From a virus: a stretch of 64,000 bases of DNA. Below are positions 46,679-56,917 of the stretch, piece by piece. The translations under genes and the position numbers were made by a program. Location of the stretch: IMG/VR virus record IMGVR_UViG_3300045999_011735, positions 50,997-114,996 of that record; one strand, written 5' to 3'. The notes under the pieces were generated by a model. It did no database searches. It worked only from the letters and a program-made list of their open reading frames with translations, and had not been told where the DNA came from. Position 1 is the stretch's first letter. Each line of letters starts with the position of its first letter.

Positions 46679-48284
46679 CTTTATCTTTTTTAGGTTCGTT
46701 ATAGATTACACATTCAGTCAATAATACAGTACCTGCTACTGAAATGGCATTTTCAAGTGCTGTACGAGCTACTTTCATTGGATCAATAATGCCTGCTTCA
46801 AACATATCTTGTACTGTTTCTGACTTAATGTCATATCCAAATGTACGACCATTTGTAGGGTTTTCCTCTCTAGCTTTTCTAAGGGCAAAGATAATTTCAT
46901 CTTTGTTTTCAATTCCAGCATTTGATAGGATTTTGAGGAATGGAGAACCACAAGCAACATATGCTATTTTCTTTCCTAAATTAAAGTCTTCACCATCATC
47001 TTTCTTAAGTGTGATTTTCTCTCTTGCTTCGAGTAAAGCTACACCACCACCTGGAAGCAATCCTTCTTCAAGTGCTGCTTTAGTTGCTTGTAAAGCGTCA
47101 TCAATGCGGTCTTTCTTTTCTTTCATTTCGGTTTCAGTAGCACCTCCGATATTAATCACAGCTACTCCACCTACTAGTTTTCCAAGGCGTTCTTGCAAAT
47201 GTTCTTTTTCAAATGCAGAAAGTGATTTTCCAATTTGTTCTTTAAGTTCTGCAATACGTGCTTGAACGTTTTCTTCAGAACCACTACCATCTACAATTGT
47301 AGTAGTGTCTTTAGTTACAGTTACTACTCTTGCTTTACCGAACCAGTCTGAATTAAAACGCTCTAGTTTCATTCCTTTTTCAGGTGAAATTACAGTACCA
47401 CCAGTTACAGTTGCAATATCTTCCAAAAGTGCCAAACGACGGTCTCCAAAGTCAGGAGCTTTAACAGCAACTGCCTTTAACATTCCTCTCATTTTATTTA
47501 CAATCAATGTTGATAGTGCTTCACCATCAATATCTTCTGCAATAATTAAGAGTGAACTGTCTGTTTGTGAAGTACCTTCAAGTACTGGAAGTAATTCTTT
47601 AACTGATGTTAAACGTCCATTATAAATTAAGATCAATGGATCTTTTAAAATAGCAGACATTGTACTGTTGTCTGTAGTGAAATACATTGATTTGTATCCT
47701 CTATCAAACTGAATACCTTCTACTGTTTCAAGTGATGTTTCACCTGTTTTACTTTCTTCAACAGTAACAACACCATCCATTCCTACCATATTCATAGCTT
47801 CAGCTACTAATGCTCCAATTTCTTCATCATTATTTGCTGAAATAGTAGCTACTTGCTTGATTTGGTCTTCAGAATTGATGTCACGTTTAATTTCATTTAA
47901 ACCAGCAATTACTTCTTTAGATGCTGCTTCAATACCTTTCTTTACTAAAACCACATTAGTATTAGGATTAATACTTGAGAATGATTTAGTAATTAAGGCA
48001 TTTGCAAGCACAGTTGATGTAGTTGTACCATCACCTGCTTTATCTGCAGTTTTAATAGATGCTTGCTTAATCATTTGAGCACCTATATTTTCAATTGGGT
48101 CTTCAACGTCTTTAAGCGTTTTTGCTACTGTAACACCATCTTTGGTACTACGTACAGTTCCGTATTCATCAATGAATACTACATTACGGCCATAAGGTCC
48201 GAGCGTTGAGCTAACGGCATCAGCCACTTGCTTAATACCATTAGCTAATTTTTCTTTTGCTTCTTGATTGAAAGCTGTTTTCAT
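46653..48284 (-). CDS. groEL: chaperonin GroEL
   Basis: TLGPYGRNV, GDGTTT, KAPDFGDRR, PGGG. Confidence 0.97.
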   Translation of the reverse strand: MKTAFNQEAKEKLANGIKQVADAVSSTLGPYGRNVVFIDEYGTVRSTKDGVTVAKTLKDVEDPIENIGAQMIKQASIKTADKAGDGTTTSTVLANALITKSFSSINPNTNVVLVKKGIEAASKEVIAGLNEIKRDINSEDQIKQVATISANNDEEIGALVAEAMNMVGMDGVVTVEESKTGETSLETVEGIQFDRGYKSMYFTTDNSTMSAILKDPLILIYNGRLTSVKELLPVLEGTSQTDSSLLIIAEDIDGEALSTLIVNKMRGMLKAVAVKAPDFGDRRLALLEDIATVTGGTVISPEKGMKLERFNSDWFGKARVVTVTKDTTTIVDGSGSEENVQARIAELKEQIGKSLSAFEKEHLQERLGKLVGGVAVINIGGATETEMKEKKDRIDDALQATKAALEEGLLPGGGVALLEAREKITLKKDDGEDFNLGKKIAYVACGSPFLKILSNAGIENKDEIIFALRKAREENPTNGRTFGYDIKSETVQDMFEAGIIDPMKVARTALENAISVAGTVLLTECVIYNEPKKDKDGEQFPMG

Positions 48285-48464
48285 ATTAATCTTTTAAAAG
48301 TTTATACATCATAAACCATAAGGCACTAACTGCTAATCCTAGTGAAAGCCACGATGGAGCATACATAATAACAGCAAACCAGGCTACCATGCCGGCTATT
48401 GTACCTAAAGTGTACATAAACGATTTTCCTAGAGTTTTTAAGTTCATATTATTTATTTTTTATT

Positions 48465-48755
48465 TTATTCTTCAATTAATGCTAATACATGTGCTTCAGC
48501 TACAGCAAGGTATTCTACACCTTCCCATTCTAATTTTGCAGGACCTACTTGTGGTAGTACTACTTTATCTCCTACTTTAAAAGACATAGGAACACGAGCA
48601 TCACCTGCTGCATTCCATTTTCCTGGTCCCACATCAATAATTGTTCCAACAATTGCTTTTTCTTGCGACAAATCTGGAATGATGAATTTGCCGTGCATTT
48701 TTTCTGTTTTTTCGTCCACCTTTATAATAAGGGCGTCCCATACTGCTTTAATCAT
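48465..48755 (-). CDS. groES: co-chaperonin GroES
   Basis: IIPD...VGPG...KVGDKV; adjacent to groEL. Confidence 0.92.
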   Translation of the reverse strand: MIKAVWDALIIKVDEKTEKMHGKFIIPDLSQEKAIVGTIIDVGPGKWNAAGDARVPMSFKVGDKVVLPQVGPAKLEWEGVEYLAVAEAHVLALIEE

Positions 48756-49054
48756 ATACCTAGTGCTTTTTTAAATTTATCAAGTGTTTGTTTATGTTCT
48801 ATAACATATTCTTTAAGAGTAAGTATTGCTTTACTATCTACCATTTTACCACGTACTAATTTATGTACAATAGATTCTAACGAACTATAATAGCCAACGG
48901 CCATCATGTTATCGTTATAACCTGGTTCCATTAGTGTGTAGCAATTTTTATCCTCATGAATTTCATAAGGGGCAAACAGAGGATCTTTGATGATTACTAC
49001 ATCTTTAGTTTGTCCCTTTTGACGTCCGCGACGTCCTTGTGTTGAATCACTCAT
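48752..49054 (-). CDS. hypothetical protein
   Basis: ORF; GYYSSLE. Confidence 0.7.
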   Translation of the reverse strand: MSDSTQGRRGRQKGQTKDVVIIKDPLFAPYEIHEDKNCYTLMEPGYNDNMMAVGYYSSLESIVHKLVRGKMVDSKAILTLKEYVIEHKQTLDKFKKALGI

Positions 49055-49087
49055 AACTTTTATTAATTTATTATATATAAATATATG

Positions 49088-49288
49088 CTAGTTAATGGGG
49101 TCTCCCACAACTTCCTCAACAATTTCAGCTTCCTCTACTAATTCACAAAAGAATAAGCGATCTCCTTGTTTAAATGTTCTATGTAATGGTGATATTTTGT
49201 TCCATTCAGGTCCCAATGGTTCATAATCAGCGCTCATGTTTCGACGCACTATGAACAATTCATCATTTATTTTAATTATATTAGGCAT
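49088..49288 (-). CDS. hypothetical protein
   Basis: ORF. Confidence 0.65.
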   Translation of the reverse strand: MPNIIKINDELFIVRRNMSADYEPLGPEWNKISPLHRTFKQGDRLFFCELVEEAEIVEEVVGDPIN

Positions 49289-50028
49289 TATGATATTTGT
49301 AATTCAGGTAAATAATATACTGAGTATCCTGTTTCTGTTTTAAATTCAAGTTTAAGTAATCCTTGTGTACTTAAGTATCCTTTAGCTTCAGTCATATCAT
49401 CTTTATTTGCATTAAGGATTTCCTTTACATATGCAGAATTAAATGACACGAAGCCATCATGTAAATTTTCAAATGATGCTTCTGTTGTAAATTCTACTTT
49501 ATTTGAATGTGATGTTGGCTCTCCTAAAACAAATTTTACTTGTTTATTTCCTTCATCATTTGTAATAGTAGACATTCTAAATATGTCTTTAACATTTGAT
49601 CCTAAAGCACCTTTTGCTTTGGCAAAACGCATAATAAATTCAGAATCAACTACAAATGACACTTCGTATCCTGGTTCTGTAATTTCAGGTGTGGTTTGAA
49701 TAATATAAGGGTCTGCTAGTGAATATTGTAGTGAGAAATTTGAATCTTCAATTTGTAATTTAGTAGGTACTTTATGTGTTTTTTCAACATTAATTATAAC
49801 GTCCATATCTAGGATACTTAACATTTTAAGTAATCCACTTGTATTGAATATACCTAATGTACCATCATCTAATTTAACATCACATTCAATACGTCCTACT
49901 AAATCTTGATTTGGGGATACAAATCCAACATTTAAACGATTATTAACAATATTCCATTTGACACTTTCTACAGTGCCATTTAAGTAATATTTTTCAATAT
50001 TTGCTACTAAGTCTAGTTTATTGATCAT
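49288..50028 (-). CDS. sliding clamp (gp45-like)
   Basis: 246 aa; LGIFNT..LLKML, YSLADP, GLLKLEF; between PolB and the clamp loader. Confidence 0.8.
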   Translation of the reverse strand: MINKLDLVANIEKYYLNGTVESVKWNIVNNRLNVGFVSPNQDLVGRIECDVKLDDGTLGIFNTSGLLKMLSILDMDVIINVEKTHKVPTKLQIEDSNFSLQYSLADPYIIQTTPEITEPGYEVSFVVDSEFIMRFAKAKGALGSNVKDIFRMSTITNDEGNKQVKFVLGEPTSHSNKVEFTTEASFENLHDGFVSFNSAYVKEILNANKDDMTEAKGYLSTQGLLKLEFKTETGYSVYYLPELQIS

Positions 50029-50029
50029 A

Positions 50030-50158
50030 TTAATTTCCTCTCCCCGTTTTTCTAATTTGGGTATTTGTCTTGGCTGGTTTTGGTTGTGTGACCTTTCCCT
50101 TTTTATCTGTTTTATTTTTCTTTGCTTCGTTTGGGTTGTTAAAGAATTTTGATGGCAT
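50030..50158 (-). CDS. 42-aa basic peptide (not in the ORF track)
   Basis: MPSKFFNNPNEAKKNKTDKKGKVTQPKPAKTNTQIRKTGRGN. Confidence 0.5.
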   Translation of the reverse strand: MPSKFFNNPNEAKKNKTDKKGKVTQPKPAKTNTQIRKTGRGN

Positions 50159-50270
50159 ATTATTTGTTTTTAGTGTTTTCGTGTATCTTATACAAGAGTA
50201 TAACGATAACGAACATTAAAGCTGTTTGCATGTTATTTATTTATATCTAAAGATAATAAGGTTTCCTGGT

Positions 50271-52856
50271 TTATCCAAACTTAAAGAACTTGTTGATGTT
50301 GTTATTGAATATTGGTTTTCCCCATTTCAAATCCTCATATAGTGTTTCTAATTTGTTTTTTAACATTGAATCAAATAACTGTACTTTATCCAGGTATTTT
50401 TCAATAAATTCTGTAATAAATGGAGGATCATCATATCCATTAAATCCAATAACATCAATTCGATATGGGTTATCTTTTAAATATGCTATAAACATTTTAT
50501 CTCCAATTTGAAATGCATTGTGTTTTTTATCTAACTTCTTAAATTTAAGTAAGTCATTATAGTAAATAGCTGCTTTAGTATTGATAGGACATTTCAATTC
50601 CAATTTAGAGAATATTTCGCCTGCTTGTGGAGGTGAAGCAATATATTCAGCCATATTTTTTAATCCAGTAGGTTTAAGTAGCAAGCGCCAATCTACTGTG
50701 TTGATGCTTTCTCTGAATGTAATGATTTGTTTGTCTATTTCTGGTTTGGGTTTACCAAACATGATATCTTGAATTAATCCCTTTGCAAATTTTCTAAAGT
50801 AAGGAGCAAAGTTAGATTTCATTAGATCTAATCCTTTAATATCTAGTTCTTCAGTTGGTACACCTTCTTTATTTACAATAAATTGAGCGTAACGTCTTTT
50901 ACCTGCAAAGTATCCTCGCTCAAGTACTACCTCTTGCTTTAATTCAAAATAATGAGGACGATCATGTAGATTGAATAATTCTACTACTAGTGTGTTTAAG
51001 TTTTCATTTGCTGCTTTTTGAATTTCAGTAGCAACTTCTAAAACATATTTTACTGCTTCCTCTCTACTACTTAAATCTACATTAGGATGCCTTTTCTGGA
51101 TTAGATCCTTAACTTGAATGAATAGTGAATCGGTATCTGAAGTTACAATATAATCAATACCTTCAGTTTCCATTTGTTTATTCATCCATTTATTTACATA
51201 CTTGATTGATTCTTGAGTTAGTCTTTGTCCTGTAAGTGTAATTGCTTTAGATATGAATTTATGTCCATCAGTGTATCTCCATCCATTAATTGCAAATACA
51301 CCGTAAACGTCATTTAATTTAATTTTATAAGCGTGTTGACGTCTGTTGTAAAAGTCTCCCATAACAGGATCTTTATCTACTTTAAACGCCTTTTTCATTT
51401 TATTTTTATATTCAACACGTTTGTTGAACCAATCACTTAAGATATCACACACTACTGAATTTTTATCTTTACGGAATATTACTCCAGGTGCAGATATAAT
51501 CCAATTTTCACTTTCAATTAATTTTACTATTTTACCTACTGTAATAACAGAGCGTGATATATTTTTATTTGAATTGATTTTCTCAATAGTTACTTCAGTA
51601 TCTGGATTTAGTAGTTTTAATTCTTTTAAAGACCATTGATTGTCATATTTGTCTTTATTTACAATTCTACCTATTAATGTTTCAATACCCATATTCAAGG
51701 ATCGAATAATTGATGGATATAGTGAGGTAAAGTCCAAATCAATAACCCATTCATATAATCCTGGTGTTGGGTCTTTTAAATATCCACCAGCATATTCTTC
51801 CTTAATATCTTTTAAATTAGGATTGTATGTAGTAGGTTTATTTGGTGAAACTATATCTTTACGCTTCAAATACGTTAAAATAGCACCCTCATTAAGTGCT
51901 GTTGACAGATATATTTGTTCGTAAGGTACATGGCACAAGTGAGATACAGTAACAGTTAGATCAATAAATTTAAGTTTATTTTCAAGCGCAACTATAATTT
52001 CAACGTCACGCAAATTATATTCAATAAACTTATTTACATCCTCTTTAAATAATTTATCTAACGATCCTAAGTAATCTACTTTACCTAAATCAACATATTT
52101 CTCTCCAATATTACCTAAGGCATAAGATGGTTCTTGTGTTGTAATATACTTTTTAAACAGCAGCATATAGTCAAGATGGTTTACACCTGCTATAGTAGTA
52201 TATTTTGCCCCTGCAAATTCGCCTTCATCTACCTTTTTAAGTGGAGATAAACGTGCTGCTTGGCTTTCACCCAATACATTTGCAATACGATGGTATAAGT
52301 AAGGAATATCAAAGAACTCACTATTCCATCCTGTTATAATTGTTGGATCTAATTCTTCCCATTTGTCAAGGAACTTATACATTAATTCCTTTTCTGTAAA
52401 GCAAGGTACTACAGTTTTGTTTTCATTTGTAGATTCAGTCATTGTCTTTGCTTCATCTAAAATATAACAGTAATACATTTTAGTACTATTGTCATATAAA
52501 GCAATGGCTGTTAATTTACCTGCTGGATTGCGAACTGTATCTTGAGTAAGTGCACCTGCAATTTCACATTCAATGTCTAAATAAATTATATTTTGATATT
52601 CAGGTGTATCATCTGATTCATAATATGCATCTACAAGTACACGAGTATATTTGTCAACATCACTTTCAAATACATTTGGATCTTTATACCCATATTGTTT
52701 TGTAGGTGATACACGTTGCCCATCTAGTGTTTCGTATTGGCCCCTTTCATCAGCGACATAGCAGGTGGCTCGATATGGAAATTCGAGCCAACCTTTTTTA
52801 TCGTCGCGTAAGTGATATTTCTTTTCTCCTCTATTGTAATAGATTGCTTGATACAT
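50271..52856 (-). CDS. family B DNA polymerase (gp43-like)
   Basis: DIE exonuclease, DFTSLYPSII, KIKLN..YG, SDTDS, KRRY. Confidence 0.97.
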   Translation of the reverse strand: MYQAIYYNRGEKKYHLRDDKKGWLEFPYRATCYVADERGQYETLDGQRVSPTKQYGYKDPNVFESDVDKYTRVLVDAYYESDDTPEYQNIIYLDIECEIAGALTQDTVRNPAGKLTAIALYDNSTKMYYCYILDEAKTMTESTNENKTVVPCFTEKELMYKFLDKWEELDPTIITGWNSEFFDIPYLYHRIANVLGESQAARLSPLKKVDEGEFAGAKYTTIAGVNHLDYMLLFKKYITTQEPSYALGNIGEKYVDLGKVDYLGSLDKLFKEDVNKFIEYNLRDVEIIVALENKLKFIDLTVTVSHLCHVPYEQIYLSTALNEGAILTYLKRKDIVSPNKPTTYNPNLKDIKEEYAGGYLKDPTPGLYEWVIDLDFTSLYPSIIRSLNMGIETLIGRIVNKDKYDNQWSLKELKLLNPDTEVTIEKINSNKNISRSVITVGKIVKLIESENWIISAPGVIFRKDKNSVVCDILSDWFNKRVEYKNKMKKAFKVDKDPVMGDFYNRRQHAYKIKLNDVYGVFAINGWRYTDGHKFISKAITLTGQRLTQESIKYVNKWMNKQMETEGIDYIVTSDTDSLFIQVKDLIQKRHPNVDLSSREEAVKYVLEVATEIQKAANENLNTLVVELFNLHDRPHYFELKQEVVLERGYFAGKRRYAQFIVNKEGVPTEELDIKGLDLMKSNFAPYFRKFAKGLIQDIMFGKPKPEIDKQIITFRESINTVDWRLLLKPTGLKNMAEYIASPPQAGEIFSKLELKCPINTKAAIYYNDLLKFKKLDKKHNAFQIGDKMFIAYLKDNPYRIDVIGFNGYDDPPFITEFIEKYLDKVQLFDSMLKNKLETLYEDLKWGKPIFNNNINKFFKFG

Positions 52857-52879
52857 TATTTAAAGATACAAAAGAGAAT

Positions 52880-55288
52880 TTAGTTCTCACGTCTTTCTTC
52901 TGGTTTATAATATACAATCCTGTTGTGCCAAACTGGTGCTGCTAATAATATTGCTGGTTTAATATGTCCTCTCATTGTTTCTTGGAACATATATGACATC
53001 CATGTTTGTTCAAATGGATTTGCCCATTCAGTTTCTAGGAACATTTTATAGTTACCTTTTTTGTTTACAATCATAGGCCAGTTTGCATAATATATTTCTC
53101 CGGTTGCATAAGATAATTCACCATTTACTTCAATTCTATCAAATTTAGTTCTTGGAGCGTATGGGTCTAATCCTGATACTGGTAGTTGGTCATAATCAGG
53201 CCATACAAATGTTCTTACTGATTGTGGTACATTATACCAAGATACCTGAATGTTATTGTCCATGTATACTTCAGTATATGATAATTTGAGGAAATCAAAA
53301 TCTTCCTTAGCCATTATTTCATGAATCTTCTTCCACAAGTCAGGAACGAATTTTCTAAATCCATTTCTACAATATCCTGTTTCAGTTGAAGGATAGAACC
53401 CCATATCATCTTCAAAGAATAAGTAATAGTCACTATCTGATTCTTGGAAATGTTTTGCAGCAAATAATCTTCCACCATTAATCCCTTTATTTTCGTTCAT
53501 AATGATATGTTCAAAACCATATTTGTCTGCTACTACTTTATTATCAATTCGTGCTTGTGGATCTGTAGAATTATCAATTAGTATTTTCTTATGTGGTTTT
53601 TCTAGCCAATCAGGTGAATTTGCTTTCCATGTAGCTAATGTGTGTTCAATTTGTTGAGGGAAATTAAACGTAAGCATGTACAATGATGTTTTATCTGTAG
53701 TAGCATTGTATATGCTCTTAGGCAATACATGGGCACGTTTACTATTATTTTCTAATTGTACTTGATCGTCTAATAATGCTTGTACAAACTTAACAATTAA
53801 TCCATTATCATCTAAAGCAAAACGTCTGTAAAGATGTGGTTCAAGATGTGCCATGATACTAAAGATACTTTCTTCAGTACCCATATATCCTTCATCTAAA
53901 GTACCTTGTAACAAAGCATAATAAGTACCATTTGCTTGAGTTAAGAAATCTTTATGTCCACCAAACAATCCACCTCTACAAACATATTCTACTTTTTCAC
54001 GAGCATATCTGTTAATTCCTTTAACTTCAAACCCATGAATTTCATCTACAGGCTGGTAAGGGTAACTTAAGAATAGGAATGTTTTTAAGTATGGGATAAT
54101 TTTATCTAGTGCTCTGTTTTCTGTAAAGTATTTTTCATAAACAGTATTTGTAATACCTGCATCAAGCCATAAGAAATAATTTGTATCAAATACATTCATT
54201 ACTTTAGCATCATGCAACATGAACATTTTTGATTGTACAATTGGATTGTACCATTCAAGTGCTGCTTGAGGACTACTTTTCAACCAACCATTTTCTCCTG
54301 TTTGATTAAGCCATTTTTCACTTGTTCTTATTTGTTGGGTTTTATCCCAAAACGGAGCATAAAAGTTATTTTTAATGTCGTCTAATTCAAAGTTTCTAAC
54401 GTGTGTGTTTTCAGGTTTACGTTTTTCCCAAACTAGATATTCATATTCTTTAGGAATATAAATAAACATTTTTACAGGTATATCTAGGAACTTTCTAAAG
54501 TTTTCAATATAATGACTAAAGTCTCTACCTGGTCTTCCTATGTTCCATAATCCAGTTACTAAGGTTAAATCATCAGTTGTTTCTAATGCTTTAACTGGTT
54601 CAGACATTTGTACTTGTTGTCTTAATTTATCCAACTCATAAAATGCTAATCCTTTTCTAACACCATTATCGTATCCGTCTACTTTAGGTTTTTCCTCAAT
54701 GTAAAATTCAGGTTTAGGAAAATTAAAAGGTGCTGAATGTAAGCATACAGGATAAAAAGCAGCAGCTCCTCTATCCCAATTTGCTTCTACTGTTACAGTA
54801 TTGTCTCTATTCTCATGAGTATAATTTGGATCATTTAAACTATACCAAGTAGTAGTTAAAAGATATTTACATTTTGATTTTAAAATATTTGCTATTGCTT
54901 TTTGTCCACCATCTAAAGTAAGATGTCCCAATACATCTCTTACAATCAATAAATCACCTTCAGGTATTTCAATACCGTCTTGTGTTAAGTCTAATTCTTT
55001 AAAACTAATTATTGAATTTGCAAACTTTTGGTTGTCCTGAATCATTTCAGGTACAATATCACAACCTGTATATTTTTCAAAATTGTATACAATGTCTTTC
55101 ATCCAGTTAAAGTCCCCACAAGGAACATCAACTACAGATTTTATTTCTTTGTCTTTAACTAACTGTTTGATTTGTTGCCTAATAATATCAGTTTCTTCCA
55201 TGGTGCTTCCAGGGCCACTTTTACTTTCAGGCCAACCACCAAATCTCCAGTTTGTGTAAACGTCTTGAAAAGTTTCTTTTAAACTCAT
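52880..55288 (-). CDS. fusion: SAM methyltransferase + HtrL/YibB-like GT + GT2-like domain
   Basis: SGPGS..DVPCGDFNW; LWLDAG..GGLFGG..GTEE; IDNS..FFEDDM. Confidence 0.8.
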   Translation of the reverse strand: MSLKETFQDVYTNWRFGGWPESKSGPGSTMEETDIIRQQIKQLVKDKEIKSVVDVPCGDFNWMKDIVYNFEKYTGCDIVPEMIQDNQKFANSIISFKELDLTQDGIEIPEGDLLIVRDVLGHLTLDGGQKAIANILKSKCKYLLTTTWYSLNDPNYTHENRDNTVTVEANWDRGAAAFYPVCLHSAPFNFPKPEFYIEEKPKVDGYDNGVRKGLAFYELDKLRQQVQMSEPVKALETTDDLTLVTGLWNIGRPGRDFSHYIENFRKFLDIPVKMFIYIPKEYEYLVWEKRKPENTHVRNFELDDIKNNFYAPFWDKTQQIRTSEKWLNQTGENGWLKSSPQAALEWYNPIVQSKMFMLHDAKVMNVFDTNYFLWLDAGITNTVYEKYFTENRALDKIIPYLKTFLFLSYPYQPVDEIHGFEVKGINRYAREKVEYVCRGGLFGGHKDFLTQANGTYYALLQGTLDEGYMGTEESIFSIMAHLEPHLYRRFALDDNGLIVKFVQALLDDQVQLENNSKRAHVLPKSIYNATTDKTSLYMLTFNFPQQIEHTLATWKANSPDWLEKPHKKILIDNSTDPQARIDNKVVADKYGFEHIIMNENKGINGGRLFAAKHFQESDSDYYLFFEDDMGFYPSTETGYCRNGFRKFVPDLWKKIHEIMAKEDFDFLKLSYTEVYMDNNIQVSWYNVPQSVRTFVWPDYDQLPVSGLDPYAPRTKFDRIEVNGELSYATGEIYYANWPMIVNKKGNYKMFLETEWANPFEQTWMSYMFQETMRGHIKPAILLAAPVWHNRIVYYKPEERREN

Positions 55289-56916
55289 AATTTCATGTAT
55301 TTTCTGATGTATTCGTTTTCTATAATTAATGTATCCATTTGTGTGTTTTCAAACACGTTAAATGCATCTTTTAATGTGCTAAGTATAGGCATTCTGTTTA
55401 CGTTAAATGAAGTATTTAATATAACTCCAATGCCTGTTTTTGCTTCAAACATAGTAATTAAATCGTACAACCATGGGTTTTGTTCTCTAGTTACTGTTTG
55501 AACACGAGCAGTATTGTCAACGTGTGTAATTGCTGCTAATTTTTCTCTCCATTCCTCACGTACAATTGGAGCATAAGACATCCATCTTGCATCTCTATTC
55601 CATTCAAAGTATTTATTTACATCTTCTAAACGTACAACTGGAGCAAATGGTCTATACCATTCTCTATGTTTTACTTTAGCGTTTAAGATATCTTTCATTT
55701 CTGGGAATGAAGGATTACAAATAATACTTCTATTGCCTAATGCTCTTGGTCCATGTTCACCTCTATCTCTTACAACGCCTATAATTTTACCTTCAGCTAA
55801 ATCATCAATTACTTCATCCATGTTTAATTCATCTTTCCACCATGATGATTGGTTAAAGTAGTATTGGAACATATATTTGTCCATTATAGGTAAACCAGCA
55901 TATGTAATATCTATTGGCTCTTCAGGTCTTAAAAATCCAGCCATTAAACCAACTGCTAAACCACAGTCATTAGGGTTAGGACCTACAAATACATCTTTAC
56001 CAAACTCATTTACTAAACGAGTATTTAATAAAATGTTTAATCCACATCCACCTGTAATGCCAATAGGCAAATCAGGGAATAAATCAAAATAAGGTTTTGC
56101 TATTTCTAAGAAACATTCTTCAAATGCTCTTTGTGAAGTTGCTGCTATATCCCAAGCAAGTTGTCCTTCTAATCTGTTATGTTCATCAAACGTAACACCT
56201 ATGCTTTCACCTAGTGGGATCATTTTTTCTAAGTAAGTATGTCCTTGAGGATCGCTTTTATAATATTCTTTAAAAGCATCCATCCATTCTTCTCTTACAT
56301 TACCGTATGAAACTAGACCCATTATCTTTCCAGCATATACTAAGTTTCCTTCACTTAATCCTTCAAAACTAATATCTTTTAAATAGTGTCCTATCAACAT
56401 ATAAGGAAAACCTAAGTCATAGTCAATCCAATGTTCTCCCATTGTTGGGCAAGCTAATCGTTCTAAAAGTTTTGGATGTTGTCCTCTTTGACAGTAGAAT
56501 ATATTAAATTTTCCATCATCACCTCCTCCATCAAATGAAAATACTAATGCTTCTTTATGTGGGGATTGATAAAAGGTACCAGCAGCGTGGGCCTGATGGT
56601 GATGATATGAAATATGCCTATCAGCTGGTATAACTTCATGTGTGCGTAGTAATACATTATCTACTACTAGATCGGTGTTCATTGAAATACAATGTTCAAA
56701 ATGTTCAATGCCGTATTCTTCTTTTACAAATGCAAGAATACTCTTTATAATTTCTACAAAGTCTCTATAATTTTTATGTTTTGGGCATTTATATTGAGCA
56801 AGTCCTGAGTTTTTATACCCTAAAAAGCGTTCAACTTCAATTACAGATATAATTTTTCCGTCTTGCTCAATAGCAAAAGCAGCGTTGTGGGACCCGTAGT
56901 ATGCTATATTTGCCAT
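55285..56916 (-). CDS. O-carbamoyltransferase (NodU/CmcH/TobZ family)
   Basis: HHQAHA, DGGGD, GKIMGL, GPRALGNRS, RPFAP, HVDNTARVQT, LNTSFN. Confidence 0.95.
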   Translation of the reverse strand: MANIAYYGSHNAAFAIEQDGKIISVIEVERFLGYKNSGLAQYKCPKHKNYRDFVEIIKSILAFVKEEYGIEHFEHCISMNTDLVVDNVLLRTHEVIPADRHISYHHHQAHAAGTFYQSPHKEALVFSFDGGGDDGKFNIFYCQRGQHPKLLERLACPTMGEHWIDYDLGFPYMLIGHYLKDISFEGLSEGNLVYAGKIMGLVSYGNVREEWMDAFKEYYKSDPQGHTYLEKMIPLGESIGVTFDEHNRLEGQLAWDIAATSQRAFEECFLEIAKPYFDLFPDLPIGITGGCGLNILLNTRLVNEFGKDVFVGPNPNDCGLAVGLMAGFLRPEEPIDITYAGLPIMDKYMFQYYFNQSSWWKDELNMDEVIDDLAEGKIIGVVRDRGEHGPRALGNRSIICNPSFPEMKDILNAKVKHREWYRPFAPVVRLEDVNKYFEWNRDARWMSYAPIVREEWREKLAAITHVDNTARVQTVTREQNPWLYDLITMFEAKTGIGVILNTSFNVNRMPILSTLKDAFNVFENTQMDTLIIENEYIRKYMKL

Positions 56917-56917
56917 A

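Noticed and set aside
50271-52856. Intein or intron in PolB
   Set aside because: Normal length, contiguous motifs
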